Source of the DNA: Hypanus sabinus
Taxonomy: Eukaryota
Assembly (NCBI RefSeq): GCF_030144855.1
Contig: NC_082707.1
Location: 167,586,001-167,650,000, forward strand
Length of the DNA stretch: 64,000 nt
Direction: 5' to 3'
Below the pieces are notes generated by a model. That model was not told where the DNA came from and ran no database searches. It was given only the letters and a program-made list of their open reading frames with translations. The position numbers and the translations under genes are program-made. Positions 49,057 through 61,650 of this stretch are shown here, one piece after another. The first letter of the stretch is position 1, and each line of letters begins with the position of its first letter.

Positions 49057-50050
49057 GGGCACCACAGTAGTGTGGCGGTTAGCGTGACATATTACAACTT
49101 GGGACGTTGCAGTTCAGAATTCAATCCCAGCATCCTCTGTACGCTCCCTCCCCCCATGGAATATGTGAGTTTCTGCTGTATGCTGAAGTTTCCTCCCACA
49201 GTCCAAAGACATAGCTGTTAGTAAGTTAAATGGTCCCTATAAATTAGAACCATAGAACACTACAGCACAGTACAGGCCCTTCAGCCCTCCATGTTGTGCC
49301 GACCCATACAATCCTTAAAAAAAGTACTAAACCCATACTACCCCATAACCCTCCATTTTTCTTTCATCCATGTGCCTGTCCAAGAGGTTCTTAAATACCC
49401 CTAATGTTTTAGCCTCCACCACCATCCCTGGCAAGTCATTCCAGGCACTCACAACCCTCTGTGTAAAAAAACTTACCCCTGATGTCTCCCCTAAACTTCC
49501 CTCCCTTAGTTTTGGACATATGCCCCCTGGTGTTTGCTATTGGTGCCCTGGGAAACAGGTACTGACTATCCACCCTATCTATGCCTCTCATAATCTTGTA
49601 GACCTCTATCAAGTCCCCTCTCATTCTTCTATGCTCCAAAGAGAAAAGTCCCAGCTCTGCTAACCTTGCTTCATATGACTTGTTCTCCAAACCAAGCAAC
49701 ATCCTGGTAAATCTCCTCTGCACCCTCTCCATAGCTTCCACATCCTTCCTATAATGAGGTGATCAGAATTGAACACAATACTCTAAGTGCGGTCTCACCA
49801 GAGATTTGTAGAGTTGCAACATGACCTCTCTACTCTTGAACTCAATCCCCCTGTTTATGAAGCCTAGCATCCCATAGGCCTTCTTAACTACCCTATCAAC
49901 CTGTGCATCGACCTTGAGGGACGTATGGATTTGAACCCCAAGTCCCTTTGTACAATTGTCCTTAGATTAGGCTCGGTTTAAAGCTGGGGTTGCTGGTGGC
50001 AAAACTCAAAGGGCCAGATGGGCCTATTCCACACAGTAAATAAATAATAA
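49057..50050 (+). mobile_element. V-SINE inserted in Rex1 and itself split by a CR1
   Basis: Head 49057-49245 (tttcctcccacagtccaaagac) and tail 49954-50050, colinear with 46175-46432. Confidence 0.75.
49246..49953 (-). mobile_element. Young 5'-truncated CR1 (near-identical to 53266-53920)
   Basis: ORF 49436..49741 and AATT flanks. Confidence 0.92.
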
Positions 50051-50569
50051 ATCACAGTGGGTGTAAGTGCTATTGGACGACAGCAATTGAGGAAGGTTAC
50101 CACATTCTTCCTGCTTGAAGCAGATGAGTAACTTTGACAGCCGAAGTGAGAAGTTAAAGTTATCGGTGAACACTCCAGCCAGTTGATCAATGCAAGTCTT
50201 CAGTACTTGGCCAAGTACACCATCTGGGCCGGACGCTTTCCGTGAGTTCAGCCTCCTGAAGGATGCTCACACGTCAGTCTCAGAGACAGAAATCACAGGG
50301 TTGTCAGGGACTATGGGAGTCTATGTAGTTGCCACCATGTTCTGAAGGTCAAAGTGAGCATAAAAGTCATTGAGCTCATCTGGGAACAAAACCTTGTTGT
50401 CATGTATGTTGCTTGGTGTCATTTTGCAGGAAGTTATTGCATTCAAGCCCTGCCACAACTGTCAAATATCCTGCTGAGATTCAAGTTTGGCCCAGAATTG
50501 TCACTTTGCATGTGAGATGGTTTTAAAGGTTGTACCTGGAACTTCTATATTTCTCTTGATTGCCCTTAC

Positions 50570-53500
50570 AAGAAAAATGTGGAAGCTTTGTAAAGGGTAT
50601 AGGAGAGGTTCACAAGGATCCTGCTTGAATTAGAAGGTATGAGCTTTAAAGAGAGGTTGGACAAACGTGGGTTGATTTCTCTGGTATGTTGGAGTCTGAG
50701 AGAAAACAGAAGTATATGAATTTATGAGAGGTGTAAATAGAGAAGGCAGTCAGAACCTATATCCCAATGTAGAAATGTTAAAGATAACATAAAGAGGATA
50801 TGATAGTGGCATTTTAGAGGCCTTTAGATAGACTCATGATTATTGAGGGATGTACCTATTCAAATGCCTCTTCAATGTTGCAATTGTACCTGTTCAAACA
50901 CCCCCTCTGGAAGCTCATTCCAAATACTCACTACTTTCTGTATCAAGAAGTGACTTCTCAGGTCTCTTTTAAATCTCTACTTTCTTATCTTGTATTGGTG
51001 TCGTCCTGTTCTGGACTCCCACCCAAATCAGGGCAAAAGGTATGAATGGCCACCTTATCCATAGTCCTCATGATCTTATAAACTTCTGTGAGGTCATCCC
51101 TCCTTCTTTTATGCTACAGGGAATAAAGATCCTCTGTGACCAACTTCTCCCCATAACACTAGTCCAGGCAGCATCCTTGTAAATCTCTTCCGCACCTTTT
51201 CCAGCTTGACAATGTCTATCCCATAACAAAGTGACCGAAACTATACACAATACTTCAAGTGAGGCTCACCAATGACATTAAGCCGCAACATAATGTCTCT
51301 GCTGCTACATTTGGTGCTCTGACTAATAAAGGACAATAGACTAAAAACCAACTTCGTCACCCTGTTCACTTATACGGCCACTTTCACTGGTGCTCCCAAG
51401 TCCCTCTGTTCCACTCTTGTCAATGCTTTGTCATTAACTGTATAAGTCTTACCCTCATTTGACTGTCCGTATTACATTACCTCACACTCAACCAAGTTGA
51501 AATCCGTTTGCCGTTCTTCAGTTCAACTCTCTAACTGATCGTAGCCTCTTCCTGATTTGTTGTAATCTGCTTCACGGTGAACAAGGCCCCCTAATTTTGT
51601 GTCATTTGCAAACTTGTTAATAGTGACATGTATACTCGTATCCAAATCATTTACATAACTAGACTGGCAGGAGGCAAAGAGCGGGAATAAAGGGGACCTT
51701 TTCTGGTTAGCTGTTAGTGACTGGTGGTGTTCTGCAGAAGTCAGTATTCGGACCATTTCCTTGCATGTTATATGTCAATGATTTAGGTAACGGAATTGAT
51801 GGTTTTGAGGCTAAGTTTGTGGATGATACGAAAGTAGGTGAAGGGACAGGCATTGTTGAGGAAGCAGGGAGTCTACAGAAGGACAGACAAGTCGGGGGAA
51901 TGGACAAAGAAGTGGCAGTTAGTGTAGGGAATAAAGGCATAGACTATTTTCTAAATGAGAAAATTCAAAAATCAGACATGCAAAGGGACTTGGGAATCCT
52001 CATGCATGATCCCTTAAAGGTTAACCTGCAGCTTGAGTCGGTGGTGAGGAAAGCAAATGCAATGTTAGCTGTCATTTCAAAAGATCTAAGATATAAAAGC
52101 AATGATGCAATGCTGAGACTTTATAAAGCATTGGTCAAACCGCACTTGGAGTATTGTGAGCAACTTTGAGCCTCTTATCTAAGAAAAAATGTGCTGCCAT
52201 TGGAAACAGCCTAGAGAAAGATTCTGGAAAGATTATGGGGAGGAGGCAGGAGAATGGGGTGGAGAAGGATAATAAATCAGCCATAATGGAATGGTGGAGA
52301 AGACTTGATGGGCCAAATAGTCGAATTCTGTTCCTATGCCTTATGGTTATTAACAATGAACAACAGAGGTCCCAACACTGAGTGGGGACCCCACTGATCA
52401 GACGTCTTCAGTTGGACCATCAACCATCAATCCCCAGAGGCAATCAAGTCTGGTGACTAAGAAAGTTACAAGAGGTCAAAGTGGAAAACCACCTCACGGG
52501 AAAAGTGGCAATCCTCTGCGGACTTCGTTGTTCCGTCTGGCCTGAGAGCTGTGCAAACCTCTCATCCAGGAGCTGACCTTCTCAATAAATGTGAGAGAGC
52601 TGATGAAGGGAGGCTGGTAGACATGGTTGATGTGGACATTAGCAAAACTTTTGACAAGGTCCTGCATAGTTGGTTGATCCAGAAGGTTAAAACGCACGGG
52701 ATCCAAGGTGGGCTGACAAACTGCAAAAGCAGCTTGTTGTGGAGAGGCTGAGCATGTGGTAGAGGGATGCTATTCTAATCGGAAGTTTGTGACCACTGGT
52801 GTGCCACAGGGGTTAGTGCTGAGACCACTGTTGTTTGTCATATATATACATGACTTAGATAAGAAGTATCCGATTCATAGCGGTAAGATTAGTAAGTTTG
52901 CTGATGTGACAAAGATTGGTACTATTATCGATAGTAAAGAAGATTGTCCAGGAATACTGAGGGACAGAGAATAGTTGGAAAGCTAAGGCATACAATGGTA
53001 AATGGAACTTAATTCAGACAAGCGTGAGGTCAGATGGTGTTAGGGCATACACAATAAATAGCAAAGACCCTAAAAGTGTTGTTATGTAAAGAGACCTTAG
53101 GGTGAAAGTTCATATTTCTCTAAAAGTGGTGACACAGGTGGATAGGGTAATGAAGAAGGCATATTCTGACCTTTCTCGGCTGAAACATTGAGAATAAGAG
53201 TTGGGACATTATATTACAGCTGTATGAAACATTCACTGGGCTACATTTGGACTATTGTGTACAGTTAGAACCATAGAATGATAGAACATTTCAGCACAGT
53301 ACAGGCCCTTCAGCCCTCCATGTTGTGCCGACCCATATAATCCTTAAAAAAAAGTACTAAACCCACACTACCCAATAACCCTCTATTTTTCTTTCATCCA
53401 TGTGCCTGTCCAAGAGGCTCTTAAATACCCCTAATGTTTTAGCCTCCACCACCATCCCTGGCAAGTCATTCCAGGCACTCACAACCCTCTGTGTAAAAAA

Positions 53501-54020
53501 ACTTACCCCTGATGTCTCCCCTAAACTTCCCTCCCTTAATTTGGTACATATGCCCTCTGGTGTTTCCTATTGGTGCCCTGGGAAACAGGTACTAACTATC
53601 CACCCTATTTATGCCTCTCATAATCTTGTAGACCTCTATCAAGTCCCCTCTCATTCTTCTACGCTCCAAAGAGAAAAGTCCCAGCTCTGCTAACCTTGCT
53701 TCATATGACTTGTTCTCCAAACCAGGCAACATCCTGGTAAATCTCCTCTGCACCCTCCCCATAGCTTCCACATCCTTCCTATAATGCGGTGACCAGAATT
53801 GAACACAATACTCTAAGTGCAGTCTCACCAGAGATTTGTAGAGTTGCAACATGACCTCTCTACTCTTGAACTCAATCACCCTGTTAATGAAGCCTAGCAT
53901 CCCCTGGGCCTTCTTAACTAAGTTCAATAGGAACGATTGGGTAGCAATAGAGAGAGTGCAGATGAGATTCACAAGGATGTTGTTTGGAATGGAAGGCCAT
54001 AGTTATTAAGAGAGATAGGA
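50570..54020. mobile_element. Mosaic of decayed CR1 fragments on both strands
   Basis: FANDTKLGG (minus), FVDDTKVG, DISKTFDKVLH and FADVTKIG (plus). Confidence 0.82.
53266..53920 (-). mobile_element. Young 5'-truncated CR1
   Basis: ORF 53592..53972 and AGTT flanks. The antisense ORFs 49370..49663 and 53400..53693 are nearly the same protein. Confidence 0.92.
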
Positions 54021-54104
54021 TTGGCCTTATAGTTTTGTAATATGTTAGACAAAAATCTCTTTATTCTGAAGATTTGGTGACCAGGCTTCTTTACAAAGGT
54101 CAAA

Positions 54105-54224
54105 AATACATCTGCAGATGCTGTGGATCAAAGAATACATACACAACACTGGAAGAACTCAGCAGGTCAGGCAGCATCCGTGAGAAAAGAGTAGCCAACG
54201 TTTCGGGCCGAGACCCTTCACCAG
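54105..54224 (-). mobile_element. Penelope terminal-repeat fragment with mutated hammerhead core (CUGGUGA)
   Basis: Minus strand CTGGTGA-AGGGTCTCGGCCC-GAAACGTT. Confidence 0.75.
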
Positions 54225-54229
54225 CATAT

Positions 54230-54856
54230 AAATGTCAGTGCAAAGAAGGCAATACAATACCTCTACTCTCTGCTTTCTTAGTAGTTTGCCAGTGACCAAA
54301 AATTTTGACAAACTTGTATAGATGCACAGTGGAGAGTATCCTAACTGCTTGCATCAGATCCTGGCATGGAAACACCAATGCTCAGGATTGGAAAAATCTA
54401 CAGAAAGTGGTGGATACCAGTCTGTCAAATCCCTCCCCACCATTGGGTATATTTACATGGAACACTGCCACAAGAAAACAGCATCCATCATCAAAGATCC
54501 CCAACATCCAGGCCTTGCCCTCTTTTTGCTACAACCATCGTGTAGGAGGTTAGAAGCATTTGGGCCCACACCAGCAGGGTCAGGAACAGTTATTACCCTG
54601 CTCCTGAATCAGCATGGGCACGAGTACTCTGAACTGATTCTATGACCTAGGACTCTTTACAACTCATTCTCTCAGTATCATTTTTATTTGCACAGCTTTC
54701 TTCATTTCCACATTGGTCTTTGTGTAGGTTGCTGTGAAATTTTACTGCATTTCTTTTTCCTGTAACTACTTGCAAGGAAATGTATCTCCAGGTAGGACTG
54801 TATATGGCAACACGTATGTATTTCGATAATAAATTTACTTTGAACTTTGAACTTTA
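54230..54856 (+). mobile_element. Rex1/Babar 3' fragment
   Basis: 'LYRCTVESILTACI.SWHGN..LQKVV', 'IIKDPQHPG.ALF.LQPS', and an aataaatttactttgaactttgaac tail. Confidence 0.88.
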
Positions 54857-55030
54857 AAAACAGTTGCTGTATCAGCTGCTATTTTATGATTGAATGTTAA
54901 CCCTTTGTTTCAATTTTTCCATTTTATTATTACCAGGTCTGATGCACTGGAGTCGAGAGCTTGGAATCACCTCTAGTTAAGGTCTATGATTATCACTCAT
55001 CGTGGGGCTTTTTCAGGGCCAGTACTTCAT

Positions 55031-58000
55031 ACCTGTCATCACCCTGACCCTATCACCCTGTCATCACCCTGACCCTATCACCCTGTCATCATCTTGACCC
55101 TATCACTCTGTATTCACCCTGAACCTATCACCCTGTCATCACCCTGACCTTATCACCCTGTCGTCACCCAGAACCTATCTCCCTGTCATCACCCTGAACC
55201 TATCACCCTGTCATCACCCTGACCCTATCACCCTGTCATCATCTTGACCCTATCACTCTGTATTCACCCTGAACCTATCACCCTGTCATCACCCTGACCT
55301 TATCACCCTGTCGTCACCCAGAACCTATCACCCTGTCATCACCCTGAACCTATCACCCTGTCATCACCCTGACCCTATCACCCTGTCATCACCCTGAACC
55401 TATCACCCTGTCATCACCCTGAACCTATCACCCTGTCATCACCCTGTCATCACCCTGACCCTATCACCCTGTCATCACCCTGAACCTATCACCCTGTCAT
55501 CATCCTGACCCTATCACCCCGTCATCACCCAGACCCTATCATCCTGTCATCACCCTGACCCTATCACCCTGTCATCACCCTGACCTTATCACCCTGTCGT
55601 CACCCTGACCCTATCACCCTGAACCTATCACCCTGTCATCACCCTGTCATCACCCTGACCCTATCACCCTGTCATCACCCTGAACCTATCACCCTGTCAT
55701 CACCCTGACCCTATCACCCTCTCATCACCCTGACCCTATCATCCTGTCATCACCCTGACCCTATCACCCTGTCATCATCCTGACCCTATCACCCCGTCAT
55801 CATCCTGACCCTATCACCCTGTCATCATCCTGACCCTATCACCCCGTCATCATCCTGACCCTATCACCCCGTCATCATCCTGACCCTATCACCCCGTCAT
55901 CACCCTGACCCTATCACCCTGTCATCATCCTGACCCTATCACCCTGTCATCACCCTGAACCTATCACCCTGTCATCACCCTGACCCTATCACCCTGTCAT
56001 CACCCTGAACCTATCACCCTGTCATCACCCTGACCCTATCACCCCGTCATCACCCAGACCTTATCATCCTGTCATCACCCTGACCCTATCACCCTGAACC
56101 TATCACCCTGTCATCACCCTGTCATCACCCTGACCCTATCACCCTGTCATCACCCTGAACCTATCACCCTGTCATCATCCTGACCCTATCACCCCGTCAT
56201 CACCCAGAACCTATCACCCTGTCATCACCCAGAACCTATCACCCTGTCATCACCCAGAACCTATCACCCTGTCATCACCCTGACCTTATCTCCCTGTCAT
56301 CACCCAGAACCTATCACCCTGTCATCACCCAGAACCTATCACCCTGTCATCACCCTGTCATCACCCAGAACCTATCTCCCTGTCATCACCCTGACCCTAT
56401 CACCCTGTCATCACCCAGAACCTATCACCCCGTCATCACCCTGAACCTATCTCCCTGTCATCACCCAGAACCTATCACCCTGTCATCACCCTGTCGTCAC
56501 CCAGAACCTATCACCCCGTCATCACCCTGTTATCACCCTGACCCTATCACCCTGTCATCACCCAGAACCTATCACCCTGTCATCACCCTGAACCTATCAC
56601 CCTGTCATCACCCTGAACCTATCACCCCGTCATCACCCAGAACCAATTACCCCGTCATCACCCAGAACCTATCACCCTGTCGTCACCCAGAACCTATCAC
56701 CCTGTCATCACCCTGACCCTATCACCCTGTCATCACCCTGACCCTATCACCCTGTCGTCACCCTGTCGTCACCCAGAACCTATCACCCCGTCATCACCCT
56801 GTTATCACCCTGACCTTATCTCCCTGTCATCACCCAGACCCTATCACCCCGTCATCACCCAGAACCAATCACCCCATCATCACCCAGAACCTATCACCCT
56901 GTCGTTACCCAGAACCTATCACCCTGTCGTCACCCAGAACCTATCACCGTGTCGTCACCCAGAACCAATCACCCCGTCATCACCCAGAACCAATCACCCC
57001 GTCATCACCCAGAACCTATCACCCCGTCATCACCCAGAACCTATCACCCTGTCGTCACCCAGAACCTATCACCCTGTCATCACCCTGACCCTATCACCCT
57101 GTCATCACCCTGACCCTATCACCCTGTCGTCACCCAGAACCTATCACCGTGTTGTCACCCAGAACCTATCACCCCGTCATCACCCTGAACCTATCACCCT
57201 GTCATCACCCTGAACCTATCACCCTGTCATCACCCTGAACCTATCACCCCGTCATCACCCTGAACCTATCACCCCGTCATCACCCTGAACCTATCACCCT
57301 GTCATCACCCTGACCCTATCACCCTGTCATCACCCTGAACCTATCACCCTGTCATCACCCTGACCCTATCACCCCGTCATCACCCTGAACCTATCACCCC
57401 GTCATCACCCAGAACCAATCACCCCGTCATCACCCAGAACCAATCACCCCGTCATCACCCTGACCCTATCACCCTGTCGTTACCCAGAACCTATCACCGT
57501 GTCGTCACCCAGAACCTATCACCGTGTCGTCACCCAGAACCTATCACCGTGTCGTCACCCAGAACCAATCACCCCGTCATCACCCAGAACCTATCACCCT
57601 GTCATCACCCTGAACCTATCACCCCGTCATCACCCAGACCCTATCACCCTGTCATCACCCTGAACCTATCACCCTGTCATCACCCTGACCCTATCACCCT
57701 GTCATCACCCTGACCCTATCACCCTGTCGTCACCCAGAACCTATCACCCTGTCGTCACCCAGAACCTATCAGCCTGTCATCACCCTGACCCTATCACCCT
57801 GTCATCACCCTGAACCTATCACCGTCATCACCCTGACCTTATCACCCTGTCATCACCCTGACCCTATCACCCTGTCGTCACCCAGAACCTATCACCCTGT
57901 CGTCACCCAGAACCTATCAGCCTGTCATCACCCTGACCCTATCACCCTGTCATCACCCTGAACCTATCACCGTCATCACCCTGACCTTATCACCCTGTCA

Positions 58001-60808
58001 TCATCCTGACCCTATCACCCTGTCATCACCCTGAACCTATCACCCTGTCGTCACCCTGACCCTATCACCCCGTCATCACCCAGACCTTATCATCCTGTCA
58101 TCACCCTGACCCTATCACCCTGAACCTATCACCCTGTCATCACCCTGTCATCACCCTGACCCTATCACCCTGTCATCACCCTGAACCTATCACCCTGTCG
58201 TCACCCTGACCCTATCACCCCGTCATCACCCAGACCTTATCATCCTGTCATCACCCTGACCCTATCACCCAGAACCTATCACCCTGTCGTCACCCAGAAC
58301 CTATCACCGTGTCGTCACCCAGAACCAATCACCCCGTCATCACCCAGAACCAATCACCCCGTCATCACCCAGAACCTATCACCCCGTCATCACCCAGAAC
58401 CTATCACCCTGTCGTCACCCAGAACCTATCACCCTGTCATCACCCTGACCCTATCACCCTGTCATCACCCTGACCCTATCACCCTGTCGTCACCCAGAAC
58501 CTATCACCGTGTCGTCACCCAGAACCTATCACCCCGTCATCACCCTGAACCTATCACCCTGTCATCACCCTGACCCTATCACCCTGTCATCACCCTGACC
58601 CTATCACCCCGTCATCACCCTGAACCTATCACCCCGTCATCACCCTGAACCTATCACCCCGTCATCACCCTGAACCTATCACCCCGTCATCACCCAGAAC
58701 CTATCACCCTGTCATCACCCTGAACCTATCACCCTGTCATCACCCTGAACCTATCACCCTGTCATCACCCTGAACCTATCACCCCGTCATCACCCTGAAC
58801 CTATCACCCTGTCATCACCCTGACCCTATCACCCTGTCATCACCCTGAACCTATCACCCTGTCATCACCCTGAACCTATCACCCCGTCATCACCCTGAAC
58901 CTATCACCCTGTCATCACCCTGACCCTATCACCCTGTCATCACCCTGAACCTATCACCCTGTCATCACCCTGACCCTATCACCCCGTCATCACCCAGAAC
59001 CAATCACCCCGTCATCACCCAGAACCAATCACCCCGTCATCACCCTGACCCTATCACCCTGTCGTTACCCAGAACCTATCACCGTGTCGTCACCCAGAAC
59101 CTATCACCGTGTCGTCACCCAGAACCTATCACCGTGTCGTCACCCAGAACCAATCACCCCGTCATCACCCAGAACCTATCACCCTGTCATCACCCTGAAC
59201 CTATCACCCTGTCATCACCCAGACCCTATCACCCTGTCATCACCCTGAACCTATCACCCTGTCATCACCCTGACCCTATCACCCTGTCATCACCCTGAAC
59301 CTATCACCCCGTCATCACCCTGAACCTATCACCCTGTCATCACCCTGACCCTATCACCCTGTCGTCACCCAGAACCTATCACCCTGTCGTCACCCAGAAC
59401 CTATCAGCCTGTCATCACCCTGACCCTATCACCCTGTCATCACCCTGAACCTATCACCCTGTCGTCACCCTGACCCTATCACCCCGTCATCACCCAGACC
59501 TTATCATCCTGTCATCACCCTGACCCTATCACCCTGAACCTATCACCCTGTCATCACCCTGTCATCACCCTGACCCTATCACCCTGTCATCACCCTGAAC
59601 CTATCACCCTCTCATCACCCTGACCCTATCACCCTGTCATCACCCTGAACCTATCACCCCGTCATCACCCTGAACCTATCACCCTGTCATCACCCTGACC
59701 CTATCACCCTGTCATCATCTTGACCCTATCACTCTGTATTCACCCTGAACCTATCACCCTGTCGTCACCCAGAACCTATCACCCTGTTATCACCCTGACC
59801 CTATCACCCTGTCATCACCCTGAACCTATCACCCTGTCATCACCCTGAACCTATCACCCCGTCATCACCCTGAACCTATCACCCTGTCATCACCCTGACC
59901 CTATCACCCTGTCATCACCCTGAACCTATCACCCTGTCATCACCCTGACCCTATCACCCCGTCATCACCCAGAACCAATCACCCCGTCATCACCCAGAAC
60001 CAATCACCCCGTCATCACCCTGACCCTATCACCCTGTCGTTACCCAGAACCTATCACCGTGTCGTCACCCAGAACCTATCACCGTGTCGTCACCCAGAAC
60101 CTATCACCGTGTCGTCACCCAGAACCAATCACCCCGTCATCACCCAGAACCTATCACCCTGTCATCACCCTGAACCTATCACCCTGTCATCACCCAGACC
60201 CTATCACCCTGTCATCACCCTGAACCTATCACCCTGTCATCACCCTGACCCTATCACCCTGTCATCACCCTGAACCTATCACCCCGTCATCACCCTGAAC
60301 CTATCACCCTGTCATCACCCTGACCCTATCACCCTGTCGTCACCCAGAACCTATCACCCTGTCGTCACCCAGAACCTATCAGCCTGTCATCACCCTGACC
60401 CTATCACCCTGTCATCACCCTGAACCTATCACCCTGTCGTCACCCTGACCCTATCACCCCGTCATCACCCAGACCTTATCATCCTGTCATCACCCTGACC
60501 CTATCACCCTGAACCTATCACCCTGTCATCACCCTGTCATCACCCTGACCCTATCACCCTGTCATCACCCTGAACCTATCACCCTCTCATCACCCTGACC
60601 CTATCACCCTGTCATCACCCTGAACCTATCACCCCGTCATCACCCTGAACCTATCACCCTGTCATCACCCTGACCCTATCACCCTGTCATCATCTTGACC
60701 CTATCACTCTGTATTCACCCTGAACCTATCACCCTGTCGTCACCCAGAACCTATCACCCTGTTATCACCCTGACCCTATCACCCTGTCATCACCCTGTCC
60801 CTATCACC
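55031..60808. repeat. ~5.8-kb minisatellite; 25-bp unit ATCACCCTGTC-ATCACCCTGA(C/A)CCT, roughly 230 units
   Basis: Direct reading of the period. The unit is made of 11-bp and 14-bp subunits sharing ATCACCCTG. Variant units define 148-150-bp and 975-bp higher-order duplications. Confidence 0.98.
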
Positions 60809-60974
60809 ATATCAGCAGGTGGTTATGACTCAGAGACCAGCAGGATGTTCCCATCATTCTGTGACCAACAGCTCAATTTCCCTGACTTTGTGGTGTTTGG
60901 ATTTAGTGCTCAGGTTAATTCCATGTGGTCCAACCAGTTTCATTCATCCCCAGAAGCACGTATAAAGCATATTT

Positions 60975-61130
60975 AGGGCAGATTTAAAAGTTTAAGACAT
61001 AACCACATGGGGGTGTCTGGAGTCACATACAGACAAATCCTTGTATGACAGCAAACTTACTTTGCTGAAAGACAACAGTGAACCTTAGATAGGGTTAAAT
61101 AACAATCCACTAGTTTTCATGGTCACCACT
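60975..61130 (-). mobile_element. Ancient Meta-domain SINE remnant
   Basis: Minus strand gaccatgaaa..gattgt..aaccc.atct..ggttcact..tgtctttca..atgtgactccagac..atgtggtt..ctgccct, colinear with the MetaSINE core as I recall it. Confidence 0.55.
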
Positions 61131-61468
61131 ACTAAGACAGGTTGTATTCTGATAACTTTTTCTTGGACTGGAATTGCCAGGAATCTTTTTTCTCCATATC
61201 CTTCTTGTTGTCTGTTGGTCATGGTAGTTGAAAAGCAGACGAGTAATCATAATTCCTTGGTAATCCCATGTAAGCTATCCAATAAGAGGTGATGCTGTGT
61301 CCGTACACATTCACTTACCAGCAGAGGTCTCTACTCACAGCTAGGATCTGGACAAACCAGTCTCTTACGGTTCTTGCTCCCCATCCTAGGCCCGGGGATG
61401 TTGAGGGATTATCATCGTTCCTTACCTAGCTGAGATAAACACACTGTCCAAATCTCTTCTCTTTGTAG

Positions 61469-61535
61469 ATCAGAATTATGTTCATCTGTTGTTCCTTCAG
61501 AAGCATAGCGATCACTGTACATAACTACAGAATAG
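61469..61535 (+). other. Candidate 67-nt internal exon of an unknown transcript
   Basis: Polypyrimidine acceptor ctcttctctttgtag| and consensus donor AG|gtaagt in non-repetitive DNA. Only frame 0 is open, and the peptide is not recognised. Confidence 0.3.
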
Positions 61536-61650
61536 GTAAGTCAACTATCAATTACTTTCTTAACTAGAAATGTTCTGAAGAAAATACCCATATTTCCTTT
61601 CACACAGCATCCCATGACTCACTAACACTGGTTCTTGGTTCAGCAGTAAA

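Larger units (their letters stand above)
47655..50540 (-). mobile_element. Long Rex1/Babar LINE fragment
   Basis: 'LKCFERV..LDPLQFAYRSNGSTADAISLALH..IRMHFID..VFNTI', 'RPIALTP', 'ISKIKVLIIDY', and a (TTTGAAC)n tail. Confidence 0.9.

Noticed and set aside
55031-60808. CRISPR array or repetitive protein-coding region
   Set aside because: There are no unique spacers and no cas genes, and the context is eukaryotic. The 25-bp period rotates TGA stops through all frames on both strands.
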